48,845 nucleotides of DNA from Armatimonadota bacterium (GCA_039680575.1 JBDKSP010000022.1:1-48845); one strand, 5' to 3'. Positions 18,038-27,597 are shown, counted from the first letter of the stretch. Numbers and translations are program-made. Notes: a model not told the origin generated them from the sequence alone.

Positions 18038-18835
18038 CTAGTGATAATACTTCTGCTGTTCGCTGCCGTGACTTGAAAGACTCGTAAAGTCCATCTGTTT
18101 CAGTGCCATAATGCCTGCGACACTCAAAACAAACCCGCGCTCGCGAGCAGCCCCATCCGGATTTCTAAGCAGTTTCATCATAAACAACCGGTCTTCGGTT
18201 GCAAGTGTGGCTATCTGCCTTAACTGATACTCATCGAGCGAAGCAATCGCTTCACGGGCATCGGTGGACAGGTCTCCGTCCGGGTCCATCTCGATTACGC
18301 GGGAAAACTCCTCTATAGCTCTGGCGCAATCGCCTTTCTGCTGGAATAACACTGCTTTTTTATAGTGGTTAGCCGAGTCCAGCGGAGCAAGACGTACCAA
18401 GCGAGATGTGACCTGAAGCGCCTCATCTAGCATACCCTTCTGAAGATAAGAAAGGCCCAGTACATCCAATGCGAAAGTGTTCCGCGGGTACCTTTTGAGC
18501 AATCCCTTGCTGCCGCTTATAGCCTCGTCATACTTCCCGGCTTCGACGTATATTTGAAGAAGCGCTTCCTGGGGGCTCGGGTTATACGGATCGAGTTCGA
18601 TAGCGCGCTCGATGGCCTGAATTGCCTTGTCCATCTTCCTCTGCGCCCTGTAAAGCCCCGCCAATCTCACGCAGTGACCCGGCTTGTCAGGCGCAAGCGC
18701 TATCGCCTTTTCCATGGCCTGAATAGCCTCGTCGTAGTTCCCCTGGCGTGCCAGCGTCGTAACGCGGCGCAGGTAAGCCGCCGCGCGCGCGGAATTGCCT
18801 CGCGTACTACTGTTATCACCACTGGTCTGATTCAT
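18038..18835 (-). CDS. Tetratricopeptide repeat protein with C-terminal NHLP-leader-like segment
   Basis: About five TPR units (G.YDEAI..AI.L.P pattern); the tail reads LATEDRLFMMKLLRNPDGAARERGFVLS. Confidence 0.85.
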   Translation of the reverse strand: MNQTSGDNSSTRGNSARAAAYLRRVTTLARQGNYDEAIQAMEKAIALAPDKPGHCVRLAGLYRAQRKMDKAIQAIERAIELDPYNPSPQEALLQIYVEAGKYDEAISGSKGLLKRYPRNTFALDVLGLSYLQKGMLDEALQVTSRLVRLAPLDSANHYKKAVLFQQKGDCARAIEEFSRVIEMDPDGDLSTDAREAIASLDEYQLRQIATLATEDRLFMMKLLRNPDGAARERGFVLSVAGIMALKQMDFTSLSSHGSEQQKYYH

Positions 18836-18843
18836 CTTTTCAC

Positions 18844-19917
18844 CTATCCTAAAGGCAGCGTTACCGGCATACCGGTCTTTGATGACTCATATATGGCAAG
18901 AATGACTTCGACAGCCTTCCGAGCTTCTTCTCCAGTCACCATCGGGGACCGGTCTTCACGGATTGCGCTCGCTAAATCCTCGATCTGCAGGCGGTGTCCT
19001 TCTATATCAACAGAGGTCGGAGAAGACGCCGATGTCCCGGCCTTTATATCTACGCCGCCGCTCCCCTCACCTACATGTAATACGACTCCGGGAACGCTCC
19101 ACTCGACGATTCTTTCGCCCTCGATTCGTATCGTGCCTTTCTCACCATGGAACTCGACACGGTGGTCCAGACCGGGGTTCACGGAAGTCGTGCCTTCGAT
19201 CACTCCGAATGCGCCGTTCGCAAACTTTAGCGCTGCCACGGCAGTGTCCTCTACTTCTATATTCCGTACGAGATGTCCGGTGTACGCAAATACGGTTTCG
19301 ACAGGCCCCATAATCCAGCGCAGCATATCGATTATGTGGACGCCCTGGTTCATGAGCGCCCCACCGCCGTCGAGATGCCATGTACCCCGCCATCCGCCGG
19401 AATCGTAATATTTCTGGCTCCGGAAATATTTGCAGTAAGCATCTCCGAGAACTATTCGCCCCAGACCACCGGACTCTACCGCTTCCTTTACAGCCCGCCA
19501 GAGCAGAGAAGTCCTCCTCTGAAATATGACACCCAGTTTTACATTCGCTTCCCTGCATGCGGCAATCATGCGATCGATGTTTTCAAGTGTGATGTCCGCA
19601 GGTTTCTCTGTAAGGACATGCTTACCTGCTTTCGCCGCCAGAACAGCCATATCGGCATGCATACCGGACGGCGTACATATGCAAACAGCCTCCACATCGG
19701 TGTCTCCAAGCATCTCCTGGTAATCCGTGTAAACTTTGATATGGCAGTTTCCACCAGCGAGCTTTTCAGCCTTTTCCCTGATACAATCGCATACCGCAAC
19801 CAGTGAAGCGCCTTCAGCACCGGCAATACCATTCACATGCCAGGGCGATATTGCACCGCAACCGACTATTCCGAACCCTACATCCCTGTTCAAATTCCCT
19901 AGCTCCAATCTTTCCAT
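18844..19917 (-). CDS. Gfo/Idh/MocA family oxidoreductase
   Basis: FGIVGCGAI, ICTPSG.H, HVLTEKP, GGGALMNQGVH and EVEDTA motifs; start could be slightly downstream. Confidence 0.93.
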   Translation of the reverse strand: MERLELGNLNRDVGFGIVGCGAISPWHVNGIAGAEGASLVAVCDCIREKAEKLAGGNCHIKVYTDYQEMLGDTDVEAVCICTPSGMHADMAVLAAKAGKHVLTEKPADITLENIDRMIAACREANVKLGVIFQRRTSLLWRAVKEAVESGGLGRIVLGDAYCKYFRSQKYYDSGGWRGTWHLDGGGALMNQGVHIIDMLRWIMGPVETVFAYTGHLVRNIEVEDTAVAALKFANGAFGVIEGTTSVNPGLDHRVEFHGEKGTIRIEGERIVEWSVPGVVLHVGEGSGGVDIKAGTSASSPTSVDIEGHRLQIEDLASAIREDRSPMVTGEEARKAVEVILAIYESSKTGMPVTLPLG

Positions 19918-20047
19918 TGGTTTCCGGCTGTACAGCCGAAAACCAACCTGTGAGTTCCAGCCTCACCAACTGCATTACTACTAAAAACTTACACACCGAA
20001 TTCGCATATCCTGCATTATCACATAAAAACCGGTGAATGTACTGGTA

Positions 20048-21136
20048 TTACTTAATGAATTCGACAGTTACAGACTCTCCGGCATATTCACTGCTCAATT
20101 TTGCAGCAAGCAACTCCATTCCGGGACGCTCAGTTTCGTAATGGCCTGCGTCTATGACAGCCAGGCCAAGTGCATCGGCATCCAGAAAATCGTGATGCCC
20201 GACATCTCCGGTGACATACACATCCGCTCCTGCCGCGAAAGCATCGGGGATAAGCCTTTTCCCACCCCCGCCGCAAAGAGCTACAACCTCAACGGGCTTG
20301 TCCTGATTGCCGATCATCCTTATCTGTTGGGATTCAAGCGATTCTTCGACTACCTGCCGAAATTCAGAGAGCTTCATCGGTTTTGCAAGCCGCCCTACCC
20401 TTCCATAACCATAAGAATACGGCTCATTTTCCAGCGGATAGATATCGTAAGCTACCTCTTCATACGGGTGCTTCTCAATCATCGTGTCCAGGACCTGGCT
20501 GAGCCTCCATTCCGGTACAATCATCTCCAGCTTATATTCAGCCTCTTCCTGAAGCCTGCCAATCTCGCCGACATAAGGTTCGGATCCAGGCAACGGGACA
20601 AAAGTCCCCATGCCATCCGAACGAAAGCTGCAATGCGTGTAGTTACCTATTATTCCAGCTCCTGCTTCAGCCATAGCATCTCGAATCGCATCGATCGCTT
20701 CCGGCGGAGTAAAAACGGCAAGTTTCAACTTCTTTTCGCGGTGTCTTGTAGTAAGAAGCCCCATCACCCGCACCCCAAGCCGGTCTGCAAGGACGTCATT
20801 TATCCCTCCCGGCGCGGAGTCGTAATTAGTGTGCATAGCATATAGCGCAATATCAGCTTTGATTAACTTTATCACGCTATCTTTAACAGATGTACCTGCC
20901 GCAAGCGTCTCCAGCGGGTTGAAAATTAGCGGGTGGTGGGATATCAGGAGGTCTGAGCCTGAATCCACTGCATGATCGATAACAGCAGGTGTCGGATCGA
21001 CCGCTACGATCACTTTAGATATATCAGAAGACGCGTCCCCCACCTGCAGGCCGGTCTTATCACCCTCATCAGCAAGCCTGGGCGGAGCCACTTTCTCCAA
21101 AGTCCGAATGATGTCGTTAAGCTGCATAATATTCAC
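20048..21136 (-). CDS. Nif3-like dinuclear metal-centre protein (long YqfO-type with PII-like insert)
   Basis: D..GLQVG, HHPL, HTNYD, IGNY..CSF, HPYEEVAYD, TGD..HH and DAGHYETE motifs. Confidence 0.95.
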   Translation of the reverse strand: MNIMQLNDIIRTLEKVAPPRLADEGDKTGLQVGDASSDISKVIVAVDPTPAVIDHAVDSGSDLLISHHPLIFNPLETLAAGTSVKDSVIKLIKADIALYAMHTNYDSAPGGINDVLADRLGVRVMGLLTTRHREKKLKLAVFTPPEAIDAIRDAMAEAGAGIIGNYTHCSFRSDGMGTFVPLPGSEPYVGEIGRLQEEAEYKLEMIVPEWRLSQVLDTMIEKHPYEEVAYDIYPLENEPYSYGYGRVGRLAKPMKLSEFRQVVEESLESQQIRMIGNQDKPVEVVALCGGGGKRLIPDAFAAGADVYVTGDVGHHDFLDADALGLAVIDAGHYETERPGMELLAAKLSSEYAGESVTVEFIK

Positions 21137-21258
21137 TCCTCGAAAAACTGTTCGTTCATACCCTTACTGATTCCTCCCATATTTTACATCCCGACCTGCT
21201 TGACATAGCAGCTTCACTGGGGGGAAAATAGACTCTACCATATTATAATTATTGCGAG

Positions 21259-24102
21259 ATGACAAACTATATGACCGACTATCTTAATAATATTACCAAT
21301 ATCCGCGGTCCCGTTCCATTCTGGTTTATCAACGGACATATCTCCCGCGAAAGTATAGCATCCGAGTTCGATGAAATGCGCTCCAAGGGCATGTTTGACG
21401 TAATTGTTCATCCTCGCTATGGATTGACTGTAGAATACCTCTCTGAAGACTGGTTTCGTATCTTTGGCTGGTGTGTCGAGGAAGCAAAAGCCAGGGATAT
21501 GCATCTCTGGATCTATGATGAGTTGAACTGGCCGAGCGGCACAGCAGGGATGACTGTTCAGCTTGCAAACCCGCAATTCATGGGTAAATATCTGGCCGTA
21601 AGCGCAGTTCCTAAGGCTGAGATCGACCTTTCGACTTTCGAGCCGGGACAATTTCTGATGGCAGCCAAACTGCAGAGCGGAAGGATCACAAAAACCAGGA
21701 TACTTGCCGACCGCCATGCCATCAAGATGCTCGACGACACCTGGCACGTCTTCAATTGCCATATCAAGCGGGATAAATATTATATAGACACGCTTTCGAA
21801 GGCCGCCGTAGACTTCTTCAAGGAACGCACCCATGAGGAATATTTCAAACGCTTCGGCGATGAGTTTGGCAAGACGATTCGGGTCGCCTTTACGGACGAA
21901 CCAAGTATCTACTGGGTCTCTGTCGGCTACGACGACTGGAACCTTCCCTACACAGAGAAACTTTTCCAATCGTTCGAGGAAAAGTATCACTACTCGGCGG
22001 TAATCAACATACCTTACCTGTACTTACCTGGTGACAACGCGCCATCTTTCAGGGCTGACTTCTGGGAGCATGTTGCTAATCTGTTCAACACCAACTATCA
22101 CGGCAATCTTGCTCAGTGGTGCAGGGACCACAATCTCATCTACACCGGCCACAACAACTGCGAAGAACCTCTCAGGTATCAGATCAGGTTCGAGGGTGAT
22201 ATGTTCGGTACGATGAAGACGATGGATATTCCCGGTGTCGACCATCTCCGGAAAGCTACACTCGGCAACTCGTTCATCTCGATAATCGGACACAAAATCG
22301 CATCGTCTCACGCGCATGCGGCCGGAAAACCGCGTGTTATGTCTGAATCCTTCGGGATTATGGACTGGGATGCGCGGTTCATCGACCTGAAGAAAGTCGT
22401 AGACTGGCAGTTTGCGCTTGGCGTAAACCTGCTCGTCCCGCACGCGCTTTTCCATACCGTAGCAGGACCGATGAAACGGGAAAGCCCTCCATCATTCTTC
22501 TTCCAATCGCCCATGTGGCATGATTTTGACGCATTTTCGGATTATGTAGAACGGCTTTCTCAAATGCTGACCGGCGGAAGGCATATAAGCAAGATATTGA
22601 TGCTTTACCCGCTTACAGGTCTGCACGCGTCATACCAAACGGACCGAAAGACACCAGAGTTCGAGTGCATCGACAACATACTGAACTCTATCTGCGTTGA
22701 GCTGATAAAATACCATCTAGACTTCGACCTGGTGGACTTCCCTACCCTTTCAACTGCTGGAATAGAGAACGGCAAACTAGCCCTGGGTAATGAGCAGTAT
22801 GATCTTTTGATCGTCCCGTACACACCATACATGCGTCCCGCTGAGTATCAAGAAATTGGGGATATAGCAAAGCAGGTTGAGACATATTTCCTTTATCGTT
22901 CGGGCGATCCGATGGAAGCAAACAACCCTAGTACGTCGAACGGCGTCAATTTTGTCATGACTGAAGACCTGCCTGGGTTCGTTATGAGGCTCAGACACTC
23001 TATTGACGACGGTATACACCTCTTGGGCGACGACAGAGAAGACATCATGATCCTCCAGAGGGAGAAAGACGGTAAAAACATCGTCTTCATGGTGAACAGA
23101 AGCGAGCATCCGCGCGATATCACCGCCAGATTTACCGGAAACATCGGTCTCAGACAGATCGAGCTCGAAACCGGAGTATCGCGTGTCATAGATAGCAAGT
23201 CAGTGGATAGCAAGACCGAGACTTTACTTCACTTCGGGCCGTACCAATCATTTGTAATCATCGAGGAAGATCCGTCGGATCTTCAAAAAGCAGCTAAACA
23301 GACCAAAGTATCAGAGACCGCGCTGGATAAGCTCGCATTTGAAACCGGCGAGAATGTCGCACTGATCTTCGATTTTGATTATGTTCCCTCCGGGCACAGA
23401 ATCGACGTCCGCAAGAACGCGAGGTGCATTCCGGTCAATTGGGTAACGCCCCCTGACTACACGCGCTTTGCCGGTGAGTACAGCACAAGTTTCAACGTCG
23501 AAGGCGACCCTGGCGAGGTCAGGTTTGTGCTCGATATCGACTACGCGCTCTGCCAGGTATATGTAAATGACGCTGAAGTGACGCTCTACCCTACGCAAAA
23601 CTGGATGACCGACCCGTCCGACCTGTCGGCCAATATCACTGCTCTCATCAAAGAGGGGTTGAACACTGTCCGAGTCATCTCCCCCACCCAACTCTCGGAG
23701 CCGGTCAGGATGGTCGGGGAATTCGATGTAGTTTTGGGCGATACGCTGTTGATAAAACCGAAAGCAACACGCGACCAGTTCCACCTGGAAGAAACAATGC
23801 CGTTTTACTCAGGCACAGTCGTCTACACAACGGATTTCGAGCTGAAAGAGCACAACGGGAAATTCGAGCTTGACCTGGGAGATGTCGGAGATTCGGCAAC
23901 CGTTTATGTAAACGGCGAATGCGCCGGAAAACGCCTCTGGGCCAGCTATACCTTCGACATTACGAAGTTCGTAAAACCCGGAACCAATAGTCTGAAGATC
24001 GAAACACGCGGCAACCTGGCAAACACCATGATGGGCAGACGCCAACCCCAACCGTTCGGGCTTAGAGTGCAGCCGAAGGTGGTTCTGTGGAGTGCGGAAT
24101 AA
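21259..24102 (+). CDS. Glycoside hydrolase, GH106 (alpha-L-rhamnosidase)-like, cytoplasmic
   Basis: PFWFING, HPRYGL, WIYDE.NWPSG, FTDEP, PGVD.L, SESFG and G.NL..PHA motifs; C-terminal GH2-like sugar-binding domain (LDLG.V...A.V.VNG); no signal peptide. Confidence 0.8.
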   Translation: MTNYMTDYLNNITNIRGPVPFWFINGHISRESIASEFDEMRSKGMFDVIVHPRYGLTVEYLSEDWFRIFGWCVEEAKARDMHLWIYDELNWPSGTAGMTVQLANPQFMGKYLAVSAVPKAEIDLSTFEPGQFLMAAKLQSGRITKTRILADRHAIKMLDDTWHVFNCHIKRDKYYIDTLSKAAVDFFKERTHEEYFKRFGDEFGKTIRVAFTDEPSIYWVSVGYDDWNLPYTEKLFQSFEEKYHYSAVINIPYLYLPGDNAPSFRADFWEHVANLFNTNYHGNLAQWCRDHNLIYTGHNNCEEPLRYQIRFEGDMFGTMKTMDIPGVDHLRKATLGNSFISIIGHKIASSHAHAAGKPRVMSESFGIMDWDARFIDLKKVVDWQFALGVNLLVPHALFHTVAGPMKRESPPSFFFQSPMWHDFDAFSDYVERLSQMLTGGRHISKILMLYPLTGLHASYQTDRKTPEFECIDNILNSICVELIKYHLDFDLVDFPTLSTAGIENGKLALGNEQYDLLIVPYTPYMRPAEYQEIGDIAKQVETYFLYRSGDPMEANNPSTSNGVNFVMTEDLPGFVMRLRHSIDDGIHLLGDDREDIMILQREKDGKNIVFMVNRSEHPRDITARFTGNIGLRQIELETGVSRVIDSKSVDSKTETLLHFGPYQSFVIIEEDPSDLQKAAKQTKVSETALDKLAFETGENVALIFDFDYVPSGHRIDVRKNARCIPVNWVTPPDYTRFAGEYSTSFNVEGDPGEVRFVLDIDYALCQVYVNDAEVTLYPTQNWMTDPSDLSANITALIKEGLNTVRVISPTQLSEPVRMVGEFDVVLGDTLLIKPKATRDQFHLEETMPFYSGTVVYTTDFELKEHNGKFELDLGDVGDSATVYVNGECAGKRLWASYTFDITKFVKPGTNSLKIETRGNLANTMMGRRQPQPFGLRVQPKVVLWSAE

Positions 24103-24518
24103 TGGGTTCTGAACAGCGTTGCGACCACAATCAGTTTGATGAATTCCATGACTGTTACATTCTAGGCATTTTCTCTGACACCGAGCGAGATCACAAGGCA
24201 GAAATTACCATCCAGTGCTACTCTTGTGGCGCACGGTTGAAGGTCGTATTGAATGAGATCTACCGTATGAGTGTCCATGATTTTTAGGAGGGTAACACCA
24301 TTCAAGACATGGATCAATATGAATGGCCGAATATGCCAATGGAGTTGTTGGATGATGTATACCACGGCCATCCTGGTGAACTCAGGACCAAGTACCCGTT
24401 TATACTTGACAAGATACGTGACGAGAAAATGGTTCTGCTTCACGTAACGACATCATACGGATGCGAGATTATAGCATTGTGCAAATCGATCACAGTGCAG
24501 GAAATGGTGGATAATTAA
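24102..24518 (+). pseudogene. Hypothetical gene (about 138 codons) interrupted by a single in-frame TAG at 24285-24287
   Basis: ORF-track fragments 24087-24287 and 24309-24518 are in the same frame and read ...MSVHDF*EGNTIQDMDQ.... ATG 24102 overlaps the GH106 stop (TAATG). Confidence 0.7.
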
Positions 24519-24538
24519 CACATTTCCACCAATCTCCT

Positions 24539-24568
24539 TGGAGTGCGGAAGCGCCAGTTTCCGCTTTT
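24539..24568 (+). repeat. GGAGTGCG-type REP-like palindrome
   Basis: TGGAGTGCGGAAGCGCCAGTTTCCGCTTTT; a related copy lies on the minus strand at 29914-29946. Confidence 0.65.
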
Positions 24569-24590
24569 CTATCGGCATACACCAATATGC

Positions 24591-24634
24591 GTAGTGGCCG
24601 CCCTCCGTGGCGGCCATCGGCAGCTTCGCTGCCG
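24591..24634 (+). repeat. GTAG-type REP-like palindrome plus adjacent hairpin
   Basis: GTAG-TGGCCGCC-CTCCGT-GGCGGCCA, then CGGCAGC-TTC-GCTGCCG. Confidence 0.65.
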
Positions 24635-24639
24635 GAATA

Positions 24640-24683
24640 CCCCTCATCCTCCCCTTCTCCCCTTTCGGGAAGAAGGGGAGGAT
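24640..24683 (+). repeat. CCCCTCA...CTCCC/GGGA-type palindromic repeat
   Basis: Perfect 13-bp stem ATCCTCCCCTTCT / AGAAGGGGAGGAT. Confidence 0.6.
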
Positions 24684-24708
24684 TGTGCAAGTCTCCACCA
24701 ATCCCATT

Positions 24709-24745
24709 TTCGCGTCTTTCGCGCTTCTTCGCGTAATTCGCGGTT
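24709..24745. repeat. TTCGCG x4 array with 9-10 bp period
   Basis: TTCGCG at 24709, 24718, 24728 and 24737. Confidence 0.65.
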
Positions 24746-24759
24746 CAGAAGACCAGTTT

Positions 24760-26064
24760 CTACCTCGTCGCTACGCTCAAGCCTGAGAACAGGATGTGAG
24801 GTATCCATCTGCCGCCGGACTGCCTGTGGCTTACATTTTCGATTGTGCCGATATTCTTTAACCCCTCGAAAACGTTGCCTGCAACCATGACATCCTTGAC
24901 ACGTCCGACCAGTTCTCCGTTCTCGATCTTCAGGCCGTAGTGGACATTACCGGAGAAATCGCCGCCTCGGGCGTTTCCTGCCCATGCGCCAAGCGTCTGG
25001 TCTACCAGAAGGCCATACTCTACACCTTTTATTATATCTTCAAGCGCAGTATCGCCTGCCTGGATCACCATGCCATTGTAGCCGGGGTTCGGCAGGCTGC
25101 CGAGCCCTCTCTGGCCGTTTCCTGTCGGTTTTGCGCCTGCTTTTGCTGCGGTCGCAAGGTCATAGATGAAGTTCTTTACGACGCCGTTCTCTATAAGTGG
25201 CATGCGGTTCGTCGGAAGCCCTTCATCATCGAACGGGCGGGAAGCGGTCGAGTAATCGATGATACCGTCGTCATAAATCGAAATGCGCGGGTCCATTGCC
25301 TGTTTTCCGAGCTTGTCGGAGACAGGAGTCACACCCTGCAGCACCTCTTTACCGCTGAATGCTATGTAGAACGGCAGGCTGAGGGTCATTTCGAACCCTT
25401 TCGGTGTAAAGATAACCGGCATTGTGCGCGTATCTATAGGAACGATATTCTTGCCGCGAGCCGCTTTCTCTTTGACCGCATTTATAACCTCGATGATATC
25501 GAACTTACTTCTGGAATCGAGCCCATCCCAGATCTGAAGCATATCTGTGCCCTGTATAAGCTCCAGGCTTGCACCGATTCCATAATAAGTGCCCTTGCTC
25601 TCGACATCGAGCCCTTTGGTGTTGACCAGCCTGTGTGTACCATAGGCTTTCTCTATCCCTACGGCAACCTGAGCACCCGGTTCTGCCTGTCTGATGCCAT
25701 CTAGCACCGCCTGGCCTGTTTCGACCAACTGCTCGACCGAGATTTTTGCGACTTCCTCGTCGTATACCTTTACCGAAGGAAGTGCTGCCGGCTGCGACGG
25801 GAGCTCGAAATTGGCTTCCTGCCCGAACTGAGCCGTCTCGACCGCATGCTCTACAAGATCAGCAGCACCGTCCGGCTTGGTAGTCGAGGAAAATCCTATC
25901 TTTCCGTCCTTGATTATCCTTAAAGCATAACCTTTTATTGAACGGGTGGATGCAGATTTCAGCTTGTTGTTTTCGAACTCTACAGGGGTCTCTTCACTCA
26001 TGACCTCGAATACTTCCGCATCCTGCGCCACACGCGCGGCCATCTCAAGAATCTTGTTTATCAT
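24760..26064 (-). CDS. pmbA: TldE/PmbA family protein
   Basis: Paired with tldD; PFDDEG, LIENG, TGNG.R and G.FSG motifs; lacks HExxxH. Confidence 0.88.
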   Translation of the reverse strand: MINKILEMAARVAQDAEVFEVMSEETPVEFENNKLKSASTRSIKGYALRIIKDGKIGFSSTTKPDGAADLVEHAVETAQFGQEANFELPSQPAALPSVKVYDEEVAKISVEQLVETGQAVLDGIRQAEPGAQVAVGIEKAYGTHRLVNTKGLDVESKGTYYGIGASLELIQGTDMLQIWDGLDSRSKFDIIEVINAVKEKAARGKNIVPIDTRTMPVIFTPKGFEMTLSLPFYIAFSGKEVLQGVTPVSDKLGKQAMDPRISIYDDGIIDYSTASRPFDDEGLPTNRMPLIENGVVKNFIYDLATAAKAGAKPTGNGQRGLGSLPNPGYNGMVIQAGDTALEDIIKGVEYGLLVDQTLGAWAGNARGGDFSGNVHYGLKIENGELVGRVKDVMVAGNVFEGLKNIGTIENVSHRQSGGRWIPHILFSGLSVATR

Positions 26065-26065
26065 C

Positions 26066-27433
26066 TTACTTTCCTCCCACCACGCAGTTGCGAATCCTGA
26101 AGTGCGGACCAGCGAACCCTACGGGAAGCGGAGCCTGCCCGCCTTTACCGCATCCGCCGCCTTTTTTCGGCCAGACAATGTCGTTGCCGATAGAATCGAT
26201 ATTCTCGAGCGTCGTAAAGACGTTACCGGTCAGGTTTACGCCTCTCACCCGCTCGGCTATCTTGCCTTTTCGGATCATGAACGCTTCTCTTGCTGAGAAG
26301 GTGAACATCTCGCCTGAAGTCTGCCCTCCGAGGCTGTCTATAACGTAAAGCCCTTCGTCCACGTCTGAAAGCATATCTTCCAGCGTAACATCCTTGGACG
26401 GAGCGACGTATGTGTTCGTCATCCTGACTATAGGCGGGAAGGTATAATTCAAAGCGCGGGCGTTGCCTGTAGGCTCTTCGCCCATCTTGGCTGCGCTCTC
26501 ACGAGAATGGAGCCGCCCGACCAGGACACCTTCTTTTACAAGGTAAGTCGGCTTCTTCGCGACGCCTTCATCGTCATACTTGAGCGTGCCGCCGCTTCCC
26601 AGGACATCAGCGCCATCAAGGATATTCAGGTGCTTGCCGCCGAACCGCCTGCCGAGCACCATCAGGTCTCTCATCTGCTGGTTTTCAGCCATATCGTCGG
26701 CTTCGGAAAGGTGGCCGAAAGCCTCATGCGCGAAGATTCCGGCGAGGCTCGGATCAACTATGACCGTATAGCTTCCGCCCTTGACCTTAGGGGCGGAAAG
26801 CATCTCGATCGCCGCTTCTCCCATCTTCCGTATGTCTTCGTGCCGGTCTTCGAATATTCCATAGTCCCGCGTGGAGGAAACGCTCGAAGTGTTCTGCTGG
26901 ATATCGTCTCCCATCCTCGCAACGGCCTGAGTCGACCCAACCACATAGACGCGCTCGCTATCGATCCAGGCCCCATCAGTGTTGGCGTAATAAATCTTGT
27001 TCCATGTGTCGCTGTAGTTGACGAAACAGGTCTGGATTTTATCGCCAAGCGATAGCATTACTTCTGCGTACTCCTCTACCAACTGCTTTTTGTCGGATAG
27101 AGAGACTGTCCTTGGGTCTTTTACTATCACAGGCCGGACTTCATCCACAACAGGTGGTACCGGAGCCAACTGAGTCTTTTCCTTACCGACAAGTTTTGCC
27201 TGCAGTACGGCAAGTTTGACCTTGTCCTTCAGGTTATCCAGTGTGTTGAAGGAAACGAACCCCCATCCTCCGTTCACAGCCGCTCTGACATTGCCGCCGA
27301 ATCCGGAAAGCCGGCTTATGGAGTCCAGTTCGCGCCCCCGGTATGACACCGCTGTGCGATCCGATTCTTCCACCCGTATTTCCACATAATCAGCGCCGTG
27401 ATCTTTCAACGCATCATTAATTAAGTTTCTCAT
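26066..27433 (-). CDS. tldD: TldD metalloprotease subunit
   Basis: HEAFGH.SEAD, YDDEG, TGNARA, RMTNTY and GCGKGGQ motifs. Confidence 0.93.
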   Translation of the reverse strand: MRNLINDALKDHGADYVEIRVEESDRTAVSYRGRELDSISRLSGFGGNVRAAVNGGWGFVSFNTLDNLKDKVKLAVLQAKLVGKEKTQLAPVPPVVDEVRPVIVKDPRTVSLSDKKQLVEEYAEVMLSLGDKIQTCFVNYSDTWNKIYYANTDGAWIDSERVYVVGSTQAVARMGDDIQQNTSSVSSTRDYGIFEDRHEDIRKMGEAAIEMLSAPKVKGGSYTVIVDPSLAGIFAHEAFGHLSEADDMAENQQMRDLMVLGRRFGGKHLNILDGADVLGSGGTLKYDDEGVAKKPTYLVKEGVLVGRLHSRESAAKMGEEPTGNARALNYTFPPIVRMTNTYVAPSKDVTLEDMLSDVDEGLYVIDSLGGQTSGEMFTFSAREAFMIRKGKIAERVRGVNLTGNVFTTLENIDSIGNDIVWPKKGGGCGKGGQAPLPVGFAGPHFRIRNCVVGGK

Positions 27434-27523
27434 TACCTCACCTTATATTGAGATTTGTATAAGTTTAAATATATATCTTAAACATTCTTCTGGTATGTTC
27501 TACAATTTCTAAAGTTCATTTCC

Positions 27524-27597
27524 AAGCTATCATGTCGTTGCAATCGACATGATAGCTTTTCGCGTCGATTATTCGCAAGTATTTCGACACGAAAAGC
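27524..27597. repeat. Two abutting inverted repeats between fic and tldD
   Basis: AAGCTATCATGTCG/CGACATGATAGCTT (27524-27558) and GCTTTTCGCGTCGA/TCGACACGAAAAGC (27555-27597). Confidence 0.75.

Noticed and set aside
20033..20845. 270-aa plus-strand ORF (and similar long antisense ORFs at 18554-19408, 21235-21990, 24940-25704, 31416-32099)
   Set aside because: Antisense shadows of well-supported genes, without recognisable motifs
24285..24287. Genome-wide TAG recoding
   Set aside because: TAG terminates clear genes here (leuD, pmbA, rodA, aroQ, the giant protein) at their expected ends
24453..24890. Short ORFs across the palindrome cluster
   Set aside because: Products of GC-rich repeats; no SD or protein-like signal
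24760..27433. tldD/pmbA as part of a RiPP cluster
   Set aside because: No precursor, YcaO, radical SAM or lanthipeptide enzyme adjacent; the pair is commonly housekeeping
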